A stretch of 64,000 bases of DNA, taken from assembly GCA_964016885.1 (NCBI GenBank), contig OZ024751.1:36022001-36086000 (forward strand). Direction: 5' to 3'. Below the pieces are notes generated by a model. It saw only the letters and a list, made by a program, of their open reading frames with translations, made no database searches and had not been told where the DNA came from. This DNA comes from Eledone cirrhosa. Its lineage: Eukaryota. A program made the position numbers and the translations under genes. Positions 17,706 to 31,573 of the stretch are shown here, piece by piece; within the stretch, counting starts at the first letter, position 1, and every line of letters starts with the position of its first letter.

Positions 17706-17777
17706 GTTATGATATCCCCGAAATATATATAATGAAATAAATATGGTTTTATAAATATAGTTTTCCATTTATTTAAT

Positions 17778-17782
<5 letters not shown>
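17706..17782 (+). mobile_element. Family P2 fragment with the 3' half of an HHR
   Basis: TATGATATCCCCGAAATATATATAATGAAATAAATATGGTTTTATAAATATAG is nearly identical to 40575-40628. Confidence 0.7.
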
Positions 17783-17856
<74 letters not shown>

Positions 17857-18325
17857 CAAACACACACTTATATATATATATATTACGTAGTAACTCAAAC
17901 ACACAACAAGGAAGGACACATATATATATATATATACACACACATTAGAGGAGGCAGTATTAGTTGAAGTTATCACTAGCTATAGATGTATCAACTTAAA
18001 GAATATATCTAATATTAATACAACCTTTTAACACACAGGATGTCGCTTAATTAAATGATTGCTACATGTTAAAATAAGCACCTGTAATTAAACAGGTAAT
18101 AGATTATACATTTATCAGGTGTCTGCCTCCACACATTTGGCATCGTGTCAGTACAGACATTATAATATGACATAGATAAATATTATATCCCAGAGTCTAT
18201 TCTAAATGGAGTGGAGGCACCAACACCAGTAATAGTAGTAGTAGCAGTAGTAGTAGTAGTAGTAATAGTAGTAATAGTAGTAGTAGTTATAGTAGTAGTA
18301 ATCTGATCTGTAATATGTTACTCAC

Positions 18326-18523
18326 GAGAACGTGATATCGCTGTACTCTCTATTTGAAAGCTACACTTAGATCAATAAGGAGAGGGCATTTCGCTAGAAG
18401 GATCACCGTGAGTTGAGCAGGTCCTTTCAGCATGTTTCCCTCATTATGATCAAGACTAACGCTTTTGTAGATCTGTCCGTTAATACCATGATGCAGCACT
18501 CCCACCCCCACGAGACTTTGTAC
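18326..18523 (-). other. Candidate 198-nt exon (non-coding or stop-containing)
   Basis: Minus strand has a pyrimidine tract TGTGTTTTTCTGTGTCTCTAAG|G and a consensus donor CTC|GTGAGTAA; higher GC than its flanks; no frame is fully open. Confidence 0.3.
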
Positions 18524-19240
18524 CTTAGAGACACAGAAAAACACAGTATTTTGCTTTTCTTTGGTATATTGTATTTTAAACTCACATCATTCATCATTAG
18601 TTTCATTTGTTTCAAATTCCACCAAATTAAAATTCTCTTAAAATAAATCAAATATATCGAAATTAATTTTTAATACGTTAGTACTATGAGCTAAAAACAA
18701 GTAATCTGAGTACATTTATATTCAGTGGTATGTTGGTTCTTTTTCCTATTAGTCTAGTGAGTTAACTAAGTCACTAAGACTGGCGAGAATAAATAAAACC
18801 CTACAGATCTGTACAGTATATAAGATTTATGTTTCTGATATATACTTTATACTTCTGTATATTTGATCGTATCAAATGTTTCTATATTCATGTGCATTAG
18901 TAATTTATTAAATAAGTATTAAATAAGATATATTATAAAATCCATTCCAAATATTATTTTTAAAAAGTTTCAGACATTACGGCTATGTAACCATCGATTG
19001 TTGAAGAAAATAACCAAGATTCTTGCAGAAATATGTTTGCATACGTGTTAGCATTAAATACCTAGAAACTATAAAGTTACAGTTACTCTCATTTGCATAT
19101 GTCGATCTTCGTACATATGTGTTGTGGTATTTAATGACAGGATATTAAGTTCTGATTTTACACTCCACTCTGATCGATATTGCTTCCAATCCTAACTGGA
19201 CAAGTTTTGATGCAGAAGAGTACTGAAATTTGTAAATTTT

Positions 19241-19557
19241 TATAGGACCACATAATATGTAGTCCAGCACTGTTCTGGAAACTGCCGATCACAAAACAAA
19301 CAATAGATACTTAGAACAAGACGTTGTGAAATCTTTATAAGATCATAAAATCTGTATAAGACCAAACAATGTGTATAGGACCACACGATCTGTATAGTAC
19401 CAAACAATCTGTATAGCACCACATAATATGTATAAGACCATATAATATGCATAAGACCACATAATATGTATAAGACCACATAATATGTAGTCCACTACAG
19501 TTCTACACAAAGTCAATCACAAAGCAAACAATAGATCATTATAACAAGACGTTACAA
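19241..19557. repeat. 19-bp minisatellite (TATAAGACCACATAATATG-like) inside an ~85-bp diverged direct duplication
   Basis: Repeat units visible at about 19350-19490; flanking blocks 19241-19326 and 19470-19555 align. Confidence 0.8.
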
Positions 19558-19824
19558 TATTCATTTAAAAAATATAGGGTATTTTAAAATTCTTCACTTT
19601 ATATAATAAGCTATTTTATGGCACCTCTGAACATAAGGACATAAACCTTTACCTGTTCCCCATATTCTCTCTCATTGTTATTTCATTCTATCTATTCTAC
19701 ACCATCCATTATATGTCCTATTCCCATTCTATAAAGCTTTCCTGATCATATTATTTGAATGAAACAGTTCTAGACCTGTAGAAGCCATTTCTATATCAAG
19801 CTTTATATATATATATATATATAT

Positions 19825-19880
19825 TCGGATGTAGCTGTGGAAACGGCCGGAGCTCAGCCGTCGGAGTCCTGACTCTTGTC

Positions 19881-19884
<4 letters not shown>
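19825..19884 (+). mobile_element. Single-arm relative of family H
   Basis: GAAACGGCCGGAGCTCAGCCGTCGGAGTCCTGACTCTTGTCCTG aligns to the family H arm; flanked by (TA)n. Confidence 0.6.
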
Positions 19885-19968
<84 letters not shown>

Positions 19969-21111
19969 GTATTATTTGTTATATGGGTTACGAACTAGCA
20001 TATAATATTATTTACGCAGCTACAAGTGTTTTTACTTGCAATATAATTCATGTAAAACTGTAAATATTCCAATAATAGATGTGTTTTTGTAATATAATCT
20101 ATAATCTGTGTAGTATGTTATGTCATAACCTATTGATATTAGATCAGCAACAATCTTAGAAAGCGAAATGTTGTCTGCAAATTCTCCTCGAGACGACATT
20201 TTTCTTGGTCCAGCTCTCGCAATTAGTGATATTGTAATCGTCTACTTTATGTTTACTTAATACCAATAGCTAATCAATAAAATTACACAGTTTGAAGGAG
20301 GGCTGTTCAGGAATAATACAATGCTGATCAATGAATAATTGACATTTGGCATTAGAGTCGGCTTCGTTTCTGTTTTCACAACACACATAATTCTTTATAA
20401 TAAATATTGCATTGTCAACTCTCTATAAATGGCTTCAAATATTCTACTCTCTTCTATTTAGGACCCGAATTCTTACAATTCAGACAAATATTCAATATAT
20501 TTATTTCGTAAATATCGAATCATTCTGAAAGTTAATGCTGCAATATTTCATATTTTTGACCGAGTTCTCTCTTGCACACATAAAACATTTTTGGAGCATT
20601 CCAAGAAATCAATTTTAATTCTTTCTTAAACGTTAATCATGTAATATATGATGTGTTATATTAAAAACATAAAAGACAGTTTTCTTTAAGACGAAAAGAA
20701 AAGAAACAATGAATATGCTGCACCTTTTGAAATAACCTGTCAAATAATATTTATTAGTAACGTTAGATTAAAAACGCCATATTTTGAGGCGGACATAACT
20801 TGCCGGCATACTGTGATAGCGTCAAGATATGGAACATATAATTAGCTTGCTGATATATTTAATAGGTATCGAAAGATAAATGAGAAAGTTTGGATGGAAT
20901 ATAAAAATTGATAGCTTTTCAACAGACAAATAATGTAATGTCCTTTCTATTTGATGTCCAGGAATTGCCGTAACATTTCAGAAAATTAACTTATGTTTTC
21001 GATGTTAGGTTGAAAGCTTCTACAAATTAAATGCCTGACCAAATGAAACCATTTATAATAACCATTTCAAAGCCACGGGGATTTACAACAGTTATGATAT
21101 CTTCGACATTC

Positions 21112-21333
21112 AAGGGCAGTGGATTGGTAGTACGATCGGTAGATCCTCGGACAATATGCTTTGCGGGCGGCATAGAGATACACCCCTTTACATACTGAAT
21201 CCAAATCCCATCGAGGTTAGCTTTGCCTTTCATCCTTACGGGGTCGATAATATAAAGCACCAGTAATGCATTGGGTCGATTTAATCGACTTTTCCCAATC
21301 AATTGTTAGCCTTGTGCCTAAATCAGAAAACAT
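21112..21333 (+). mobile_element. SINE family A, long variant, full length
   Basis: Family match including the extra GTCGATTTAATCGAC segment that the short copies lack. Confidence 0.88.
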
Positions 21334-21524
21334 AAAATATATATATGAAAAAAAGTTGAAAATGTATTTGGAGTATAAGTAGATGTATATTCAATAGCTT
21401 TACCAGTTTCACAGTTACATGATTTTCAAAGCTTAGGTGAAATGGACAGATGTGTGGCTATGCTGGAATGTGAAACCGGTAAAATTATTGTAAATAAATT
21501 GCATTTCCAACTCCTACTCTTCCC

Positions 21525-21606
<82 letters not shown>

Positions 21607-21679
21607 GTTTATATATATATATATATATATAGTTTATATATATATATATAGTTATGTAATAAAAAACATAAGATAATTA

Positions 21680-21739
21680 TTTCATTTACCAGTGGTTTCT
21701 TGAAAGCAACCAAAATTGCTTTCATTCATCAGAATGAAA
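21680..21739 (-). ncRNA. Hammerhead motif (left-arm mirror copy)
   Basis: Reverse complement of 21939-21998 with one change near loop II. Confidence 0.7.
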
Positions 21740-21938
21740 AAATCCTGGTGTCTTTATTGACAGTGGAATTTGAAAAACAAAAATGTAACATATATGAAAG
21801 TGAGGCTGGAGGAAAAAAAAGGTGGGGAAAGAATAATATTTATCCCCCCCCCCCCACCTTTTTTTTCCTCCAGCCTCGCTTTCATATCTGTTATATTTTT
21901 GTTTTTCAAATTCACTGTCAATAAAGATACCAGGATGT

Positions 21939-21998
21939 TTTCATTCTGATGAATGAAAGCAATTTTAGTTGCTTTCAAGAAACCACTGGTAAATGAAA
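21939..21998 (+). ncRNA. Type I hammerhead motif
   Basis: TTTCATT-CTGATGA-A-TGAAAGCAA-ttttag-TTGCTTTCA-A-GAAA-CC-act-GG-TA-AATGAAA: perfect 7-bp helix I, 9-bp helix II, GUA triplet; A.A replaces the usual G10.1-C11.1 pair. Confidence 0.75.
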
Positions 21999-22112
21999 TA
22001 ATTATCTTATGTTGTTTATTACAAAACTAATAATCTCTGTAACCTACATAGAGCACTCTTTTTTCCTGGACCTTTCCGACGGAATCACTTCACACACATA
22101 TATATATATATA

Positions 22113-22245
22113 GTAATAATACTAAATTTGAAGATTAAAATCTAAAGAGGGCTCGATAAGGAAATATATATATCAAATATCTAAGTTTCAGAAGATCCCG
22201 TTAAGGGTGAAAGCAGCAATTCTTTGCTTAAACTTTAATCTGTTA

Positions 22246-22250
<5 letters not shown>
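22113..22250 (+). mobile_element. TA-embedded family P3 with variant hammerhead (22184-22234)
   Basis: AGTTT-CAGAAGA-T-CCC-gttaa-GGG-T-GAAA-GCA-loop-TGC-TT-AAACT; homologous to 33288-33385 and 40817-40892. Confidence 0.65.
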
Positions 22251-22286
<36 letters not shown>

Positions 22287-22386
22287 AATATATAAATATA
22301 TCTATATATATAAATATATCTATCTATATATATATATAAATATATAAATATATCTATATATATAAATATATCTATCTAATATGTAT

Positions 22387-22421
<35 letters not shown>

Positions 22422-22438
22422 AATATATATATAAATAT

Positions 22439-22542
<104 letters not shown>

Positions 22543-22590
22543 TATATATATATCTATATATATAAATATATCTATATATATAAATCTCTC

Positions 22591-22671
<81 letters not shown>

Positions 22672-22732
22672 ACTGCCTGAAGTGGTCACAGCCAAAGATG
22701 GCTGTCACTGAAACATATATAGCAGTAATAAA
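22672..22732 (+). ncRNA. Degenerate hammerhead motif, C.C class, followed by AATAAA
   Basis: ACTGC-CTGAAGT-G-GT-C-ACAGCCA-aaga-TGGCTGT-C-AC-T-GAAA-C-atat-A-TA-GCAGT-AATAAA; the A9 position is T. Lies in island 22667-22875 between TA/TC arrays. Confidence 0.65.
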
Positions 22733-22874
22733 CGAAGCTAAATTTTAATCATTTGACTTTTATTTAACTTTATTTTACACTACTCCGGAGTAACCAAACC
22801 AACCTGCGCACTTCGTCGAGTGCTCCAGCCTGCATACAGAGGTGTTGGTATACAAACAACATAAACTCAAAATA

Positions 22875-22914
<40 letters not shown>

Positions 22915-24210
22915 GTATTTAATTGATACAACATTTTCTCCTAATTATTGAAGTGCTGGCCACCTTTTACAGTCCACATGGGTATTTTACCCGATTTTCT
23001 AATCTATTAGCAATTGACTGTTGTTACATTATTTATATTCTGTATTTCGGGTTCCTTAATTTTCTAAAATATTTTAATGAATATTATCATTGTACACTGA
23101 CAGATATCTAATGTAGAAAGTGATAACATGTCTACCTTTCAGATTATATTTCTGGGTATATGTCTAGTCAAGTGGAATGATATATAGGCTGAAGCATTAC
23201 ATTAAATTTTCCCCTTTTCAATCTGTGGAGCACGAAATTAGATTCTCTGCAAATTTGAGCAAAAGGACAGATGTCATAATATTTAAAATGTCCATTTAAT
23301 TTTTCACCTGGTTTTTCATACGAGAGACAAGAAATGCTATAAAGATCAACCTTTACTAAAATATATTACAGAAGAAATTATTCAAGAAAGTTAAAATGTT
23401 AACTTATATAATAAAATGAGCGACATTTATTGTTAAATTACCGACATATAACTATATTTCACGGTATATGACTTAGTTCAAATTTCTGTATCACTTGGAA
23501 GGTAATTCAAATATTAGAAGAGTCTGTGTTACTAGAAACTGGCAATACAAAATAAATACTAGGGCTTCTCTAATTCTCTTTGTAAGGAGCACCGCCGAGT
23601 CCTTTGTAGGGACCACACTATCGATTTCAGCTGCTAAATCAGAAAGACAGCAGCCCGCCTGAGCAAAGAACCCTGTGAGACGGGATAGCTTTTCCAGGGC
23701 GTTTCATTTGTCATTCTCCGGAGCAATGCCTTCGCTATTCTGTCTGCGGAGTACGGCCAAAGGAGCATTCGGACTTGGGTATAGATTCAGTCCCTTAAAA
23801 TACCTCTCTCCCTCCTTATCTCTCTCTCTCTCTCTTTCCTTTGTAGCTCCTCTTTGTTCTTTTTCTGTTTCATTTGAATATTATTATTTTCTCAAACTTT
23901 ACAATAGTCACCCCCCCCTCTCTCTCTCTCTGTATATATATGTTATGTATGAACGGCACTTACTATTCACCAGAGAAATTCACATTTCTAATTCATCTTG
24001 TTGTAGGTCATTGAACCCATGGATTATTGTTGTCAATGATAGTGATGTTGTTTATCACCAGATAAAGAGAGCTGATCAAGTTGTCCTATCACAAAAGTAT
24101 TCCAGACATGACCATTCCACCTTATAACATTCCATACATACATTTTAGAAACACTTATATCCATGTATCTAATACTTAATGATAGGTGGATAATTAAATG
24201 CCGCAGCTCA

Positions 24211-24253
<43 letters not shown>

Positions 24254-24290
24254 TTCATATATATAAGCATAGATTTATATATATATATAT

Positions 24291-24974
24291 ATATATTGAA
24301 AGGATAACAAGGACGATTGTTTACTCCTTCATTACATTTATTGGTAGGTGACGCGCGTTTCGCCACTGATTAGCTCAAGGTTCGATCTGTATCGATCCTA
24401 CCCGAGTCAATAATAGGAAGCTCGACGGACCCTTTAAAATGCTATAAGAAAATGAAATACATGCTATGTGGTAAAGACAGAATTTCAAAAGTTTGACAAT
24501 ATGAGTTGTTTTGATTGGTGGGAAGGATCAAAGGGATGTACTGCCACCACCACACGACAGTCCATCCCAGCCAGCGACCGTCACCAACATCTCATCATCA
24601 CATCCACCCCCACATACACTACATGTCAATACATCCCTTTGATCCTTCCCACCAATCAAAACAACTCATATTGTCAAACTCTTGAAATTCTGTCTTTACC
24701 ACATAGCATGTATTTCATTTTCTTATAGCATTTTAAAGGGTCCGCGAGCTTCCGATTATTGAGTCGGGTAGGATCGATACAGATCGAACCTTGAGCTGAT
24801 CAGTGGCGAAACGCGCGTCACCTACCAATAAATGTAATGAAGGAGAAATCAATCGTCCTTGTTATCCTTTCAATATATTACACTCTGTATAGCTTTACAC
24901 CTCATCACAGAAGTGAACCTAAACATCGAGTGCTCTCCCGGGTGAACCTGCAGTAACTCCTAGTTACACCCCCT

Positions 24975-24977
<3 letters not shown>
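24291..24977 (+). mobile_element. Fold-back PLE-like module: ~250-bp inverted arms, 89-nt spacer, ~99-nt tail
   Basis: 24291-24540 is the reverse complement of 24630-24878; each arm has the HHR-like 3' half GGC-GAAAC-GCGC-GTC-ACCTACC-AATAAA; (TA)n on both sides. Confidence 0.85.
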
Positions 24978-25061
<84 letters not shown>

Positions 25062-25096
25062 TACAAATATCAATAAAATAGATGTTCTTTTGATCA

Positions 25097-25159
25097 ATTA
25101 CATTTTATTATACATATTTCAGAGGTACAACAGTACGTCCTCATCAGACAAAATATAAT
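25097..25159 (-). ncRNA. Hammerhead motif, C.C class
   Basis: Minus strand reads ATTATATTTTGT-CTGATGA-G-GA-C-GTAC-tgtt-GTAC-C-TC-T-GAAA-T-atgt-A-TA-ATAAAATGTAAT, with a 12-bp helix I including two G.U pairs; in a ~135-bp island between TA arrays. Confidence 0.78.
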
Positions 25160-25190
25160 GATACATGACATACCCTGAGATGTTAAATGG

Positions 25191-25253
<63 letters not shown>

Positions 25254-25514
25254 TATATATATATATACATATATATAAATCTGTGCGTATATATGAACCG
25301 ATATACATAGACTACATAGATTCATAATAGATATGTATATGTATACGTAAACACATTCACACGCACATACTTACATACATATAAATATAATACGTAGATG
25401 CACTCCTACCTACATACACACATACACACATACATAGACAGTGCAAATCACAAAACGAGATATTTCACTGTTAATAGTGAACATTGAATTCAAACCACGT
25501 TATTAAAATCTAGT

Positions 25515-25546
<32 letters not shown>

Positions 25547-25912
25547 TGTATGTATGTATGTATGTATGTATGTGCATGTAGGGGTGTATCTATATATGCA
25601 TGCATGCATATATCTATGTATCTACGTACTTAAGTGTGTGTCTGTATATATATATTTATATATATGTATGTGTGTGTATGTATGTAAGTATATATATATT
25701 TTCCCTGATCTTTTTTTCGTCCAATAACAATAGGCATCAATATGATTTATTGTATATAAGCGGCTGCCTTCCATTCATCTTTTCCTGATAATTGCTGACT
25801 TATAGTTTTATATATTCATATATCAAAATCATTCTTTTTCTTATGTTCCATTTTAAAATTAATTTCCATTTGATATTTGCAAATGACAAAGGAACTGAAT
25901 AAAGATACATTC

Positions 25913-25945
<33 letters not shown>

Positions 25946-26176
25946 TATATATATATATATATATAGAAATATATATATAAATATTTATATAAATATATAT
26001 ATAAATTTATATATAAATATATATATAAATATATATATAAATATATATATAAATATATATATAAATATATATATAAATATATATATAAATATATAAATAT
26101 ATATATAAATATATAAATATATATATATATAAATATATATATATATAAATATATATATAAATATATATATAAATAT

Positions 26177-26209
<33 letters not shown>

Positions 26210-26238
26210 AATATATATATAAATATATATATAAATAT

Positions 26239-26269
<31 letters not shown>

Positions 26270-26499
26270 AATATATATATAAATATAAATATATATAAAT
26301 ATATATATATATATAAATATATATATAAATATATAAATAAATATATATATATATAAATATATATATAAATATATATATATATATAAATATATATATAAAT
26401 ATAAATATATATATAAATATATATATAAATATAAATATATATATAAATATAAATATATATATAAATATAAATATAAATATATATATAAATATATATATA

Positions 26500-26533
<34 letters not shown>

Positions 26534-26543
26534 AATATATATT

Positions 26544-26584
<41 letters not shown>

Positions 26585-26715
26585 ATATATAAATATATAT
26601 ATATATATATATAAATATATATATATATAAATATATATATATATAAATATATATATATATAAATATATATATATAAATATATATATATATAAATATATAT
26701 ATATAAATATATATA

Positions 26716-26767
<52 letters not shown>

Positions 26768-26780
26768 AATATATATATAA

Positions 26781-26820
<40 letters not shown>

Positions 26821-26821
26821 T

Positions 26822-26880
<59 letters not shown>

Positions 26881-27000
26881 GCCTACATATATATATATGC
26901 CTATATATATATATATATATATAATGCCCATATATATAGATAATGCCTATAAATATATATATATATATATATAATGCCTATATATATATGTATATATATA
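25913..27000. repeat. (TA)n array with TAAA interruptions
   Basis: Directly visible. Confidence 0.97.
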
Positions 27001-27156
27001 ATATGTATATATATTCATATTCGTATAACAAACACCAGAAAAAATTGTCCACATATAAACATACACTACAGAAATATATAGTTCAATATATACATAACTA
27101 TAGAGGTATATACATGCACAGACTTACACTGACGCCCTCGCAATATATCAATGTGT

Positions 27157-27234
<78 letters not shown>

Positions 27235-27778
27235 TTATATATTAATATATACATGAATGCTTACATGTTGTTTAATATGTGTATATGTGAATTTAGATGT
27301 ATAATATTCGTTGTTATTATCATTATTATTATTATTATTATTTATTTCACATTGATTTATCTAATTTATGATTTGTAATCCCTTTTTCGAAATGTGAATT
27401 TCGTTCCATTTCTTTTTATATATTTCCTATCCTATTCGTTCGTTTTCCTTCTTCAACTTTTTTAATGTGACATTATGCTCCAACGCTCAGAATTTCATAA
27501 TTTCCTGATCACTGAATCATATTTAATAAGATATATTTATATATATTTTTTATATATAGCACAGAAATAAATTCAAAGAATCATGCATTTGAAAATGCCT
27601 TTCCTTTAAATGTTATTTCGCCAATGGCAGTTCTGATCAAGGAACCTCCTATTGAAAAGGCAATTACAAAATTAAGAAAATGATACCAAAATTTCTATTT
27701 TTTTTTGCTTCATTTCAGTTGGGTTTAGAAATATGTAATTCTTTGCTAAATTTTACTGCATTTTTGATTCACTAATGC

Positions 27779-27961
27779 AAAAAAAAAAAAAAATAAAAAA
27801 TAAAAAATAAAAACCAAAAATAAAAAATAAAAAATAAAAAATAAAAAATAAAAAATAAAAAATAAAAAATAAAAAATAAAAAATAAAAAACAAAAAATAA
27901 AAAATAAAAAATAAAAAATAAAAAATAAAAAATAAAAAATAAAAAATAAAAAATAAAAAAA
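27779..27961. repeat. (AAAAAAT)n heptamer repeat
   Basis: Directly visible. Confidence 0.95.
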
Positions 27962-28797
27962 CGAAATAAGTTGTTCAATGCTTTCAAATTTTATATTTTA
28001 CAATTTTTCTTCAGATGACCAAATTTTTTTTATTGGATATGCATAATCCTAACGTCTTGGATGAATGCGTTTCTGAATTAAAGTTGAGCATTGTTGAAGT
28101 GAAATATCCTTTAAAAAAAATATATATTTTATCTCTGGTGTATTTCATTTTTGTTCTATTTGTCTATTAAAAGTTATACTTACGAACCGTGTGAAATTGT
28201 AACTGTTCACTAAGTATTAAAACATTAGCCTTTCAACAGTAGAAACGTTTAGAATGCTTTAAGTGTGAAATGTTGATTTTCTGACAGCCGATATTACAAA
28301 GAATATCTTACATTCAACACATGATATACAGGGTGATCACAAAAACACTCCTTCATTTCAAATACTTATAATATGGAAACTTAAATGAATATTCACACAA
28401 TATTCGTGACTACAGTTGTATACCACTACACAGTTGTACCACTACACAACACTAAACTACGTTACACTCCACTAAACCACCCAACCAGAGCTGTCACTTA
28501 GTCATTTATATATAAACGTAAATGACAATTCATTTCCTTTGCAATTAATTCAATCCATATTTTAATAGAGAGAAATTCATAAAGTGAGATATTAGAAATA
28601 TTAATGTACGTGACGTCATGACTTCCCCCCCCAGGTATTTGAGATTGAGTGACGTGCATGTTTTGCTTAAAATATTAATTAGGAATCTCCTGACCCTATA
28701 ATATAGACTTGTTATTGTTGTTATAGCTATTGTTATTGTTGCTATTGTAGTTTTTTGTTGTTATTGCTGATTTTACTTCTTATTCTTCTTCGTCTTT

Positions 28798-29160
28798 TGA
28801 TTGGCGAGTTCCTTCAAATGTTCCATCCTTTTGCCAGAGTATCCCTCGTTTGTTACCAACGTTACCAACGTCCAACCATCCTTGTTCTTAATTGACACAC
28901 ACGAGACACTTCATGCTTCAGTCAGTTCATTCACAATTCTGAACACACCTCTAATGTTATTTGTCGTTGAAGCTTCAGTCTTTCTCCTTCTCCTCATGAC
29001 ATATCTTATTGTCTCGCCATTAACGTCTTTTCAGTCACACATTCTGTGTCTCTACTAATTATCTTATTGTTTCTATGTACAGACATTCTTCGTCTGACAC
29101 CTCTTTACTTTTAATTCTTCGTTTGCTCGTGTTAGGCCTCTTCTTTCCTCAATATCTAAT
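28798..29160 (-). mobile_element. Degenerate RTE-like LINE ORF fragment (linker between endonuclease and RT)
   Basis: Minus-strand pieces read EASTTNNIRGVFRIVNELTEA*SVSCVSIKNKDGWTLVT...EHLKELANQ, resembling the IKDKDG..L...W.EHF.ELLN motif; contains stops and frameshifts. Confidence 0.55.
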
Positions 29161-29184
29161 GTGATACGAATGATACAGACTATG

Positions 29185-29400
<216 letters not shown>

Positions 29401-30819
29401 TGTGAAAATAAATAAATATATATATATATATATATATACATACTCAGACATACACAAACACAAACGCACACACATATATACATATATACATATATATATA
29501 TGTTTATATGATGTCCTGTCTTAAATGATATTACGACAATTCAATATGACTATGTTTATTTGCATTTCCTATTCAGTCGGTTAATATGCTTTTAATGATA
29601 CTTTGCCAGATGCCCGCACGTAACAGTAATAAGGCCTTTTACTGTTGTTTGTTAAAACTGTTCTGTTCTTGACATTGGTACAGTTGTTGTTGTTGTTGTT
29701 GTTAACATCTGTTATAAACATCTTAGCAATTCTATGCAGCCATTGATTTTCCTAATATTATTATATGAAATGAAGCAGACGGGATGATTATTGTAAAATA
29801 AACTCATTAAGAGATTCATATATGTAATGTCGGAGGAAAAAGGAAAACCAAAACCTCTTAAAGACATAAAGACATTACTCTGACTTTTAGATGCTGATGA
29901 TGCCTGCCTATGGGAAAATTAAGCAGAGATGATCTATGGCTTTATATATTGAAGATGGTGGAGCAAAACTGTTCTCCATTTCTTGGCAAAGACATTATCC
30001 ATCGTATAACATTTCGGCCCATTTCTTATTATCAGGATTTCCAGTATTAATTTGTATTTACAGTTGACAATAATTACACGATAAACTAGAGTACACTATA
30101 TCTGATAACCGAGGAAAGGAAAGAGGCAGCCACCATACACACATACACACAAACACACACAAACACACACAAGCACACACAAGCGGAGACAAACAAACTC
30201 TTACGCAGACACCAATCCACATATATATCATATAGAAAAGACATCTACAGGACGAGAACAGCTCCATTCATTTAAAATCATCATTGACTGAAACAGTTTT
30301 AGCAGTCCTATAGAAGTCATTTCTATATGAAATAAATATGTTCCCTTTTTACAATTGTATTGAGAAGCTTATATAAATGTGGTTCTCTTCAGTTCCACTA
30401 CGAACAACCCCTCTTAATTATATATATAATACATTTCTTGGTACAGTGAATTATTTAGTATAGTAGAAATATGTTTGTCGTCTTCGAATATTAATTAATT
30501 GAACACCAAGAACGACATATTTAGGGGCTGCCTACAACTCATAGTTAAGCCCCTTGGTAATTGGTAACTCTCAATGAATTCAACTGATTTTTAACCATCT
30601 TAATTTTGATTTCTATTCTTTCTTAACCTTTTCCCCATACTTGGATAATACGGTATATCATATATACTATTATATATTACTCAAAATATCACAAGTTCTT
30701 ACAATCTGGGGGAGTTGGTCAAAACTGGGCATTGAAACTTGAGGTAGCGCTTTCATCTCATGTATTAATGAACACAAATTATTCTCTCTCTGTATATATA
30801 CATACATACATATACATAC

Positions 30820-30931
<112 letters not shown>

Positions 30932-31480
30932 GAATACATTTAAAACTATTTTATGTCTCAATTGCGTTCTACCATATACAAACAGAAATTCAAAATGGCG
31001 TGTATGTTTCCTGTCATTTAGAATATATTTATCAGACACACGTTGATTAACTATCGGCGTCACAGTTTAATTCAATGTCGTCACAGCAGTTTAATTCAAT
31101 GTAAGCAGCTTCAAACAAAAGTATAATTAACGTATGCTATGTCGTTACTACATAAGCAATGTCTTTTCAAGTGTATATTACGGAGTTGTCCCCCCATCTG
31201 TAACACTGTCACATACCTAACTAGAGTAATCACTCCAATAAAACACTTTGGATTTTCTAATTTTCCAGTAATGACACTCTAAAATTCCACTTTGTTTAAT
31301 CCGTCACACTGGCGTCTCCGTTTTCAAGAGGCCATCTAATAACAATTCATTAACATTCTACTGCAAACTTGTATACTTACTTGCCACGTGTGGTATGATA
31401 CGATGCAGCAAATACTTGAATAGTATGGATGTTCAGAAGAACAATATCGCTATTACGGAACATTCGAATTACATATTATG

Positions 31481-31566
<86 letters not shown>

Positions 31567-31573
<7 letters not shown>

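Larger units (their letters stand above)
21649..22095 (+). mobile_element. Fold-back PLE-like module: ~179-bp inverted arms, HHR in each arm, ~66-nt tail
   Basis: 21649-21827 is the reverse complement of 21852-22029 (about 9 differences by eye); TA/CA repeats on both sides. Confidence 0.85.

Noticed and set aside
28327-28400. TACAGGGTG Tc1/mariner-like end; nearby TGACGTCA (CRE) at 28611
   Set aside because: No matching inverted end noticed; a single 8-mer is expected by chance.
29890-29930. CTGATGA...GAAA spacing compatible with an HHR
   Set aside because: Helices I and II do not pair convincingly. Same for the CTGANGA hits near 32621, 43218, 44183 and 50025.
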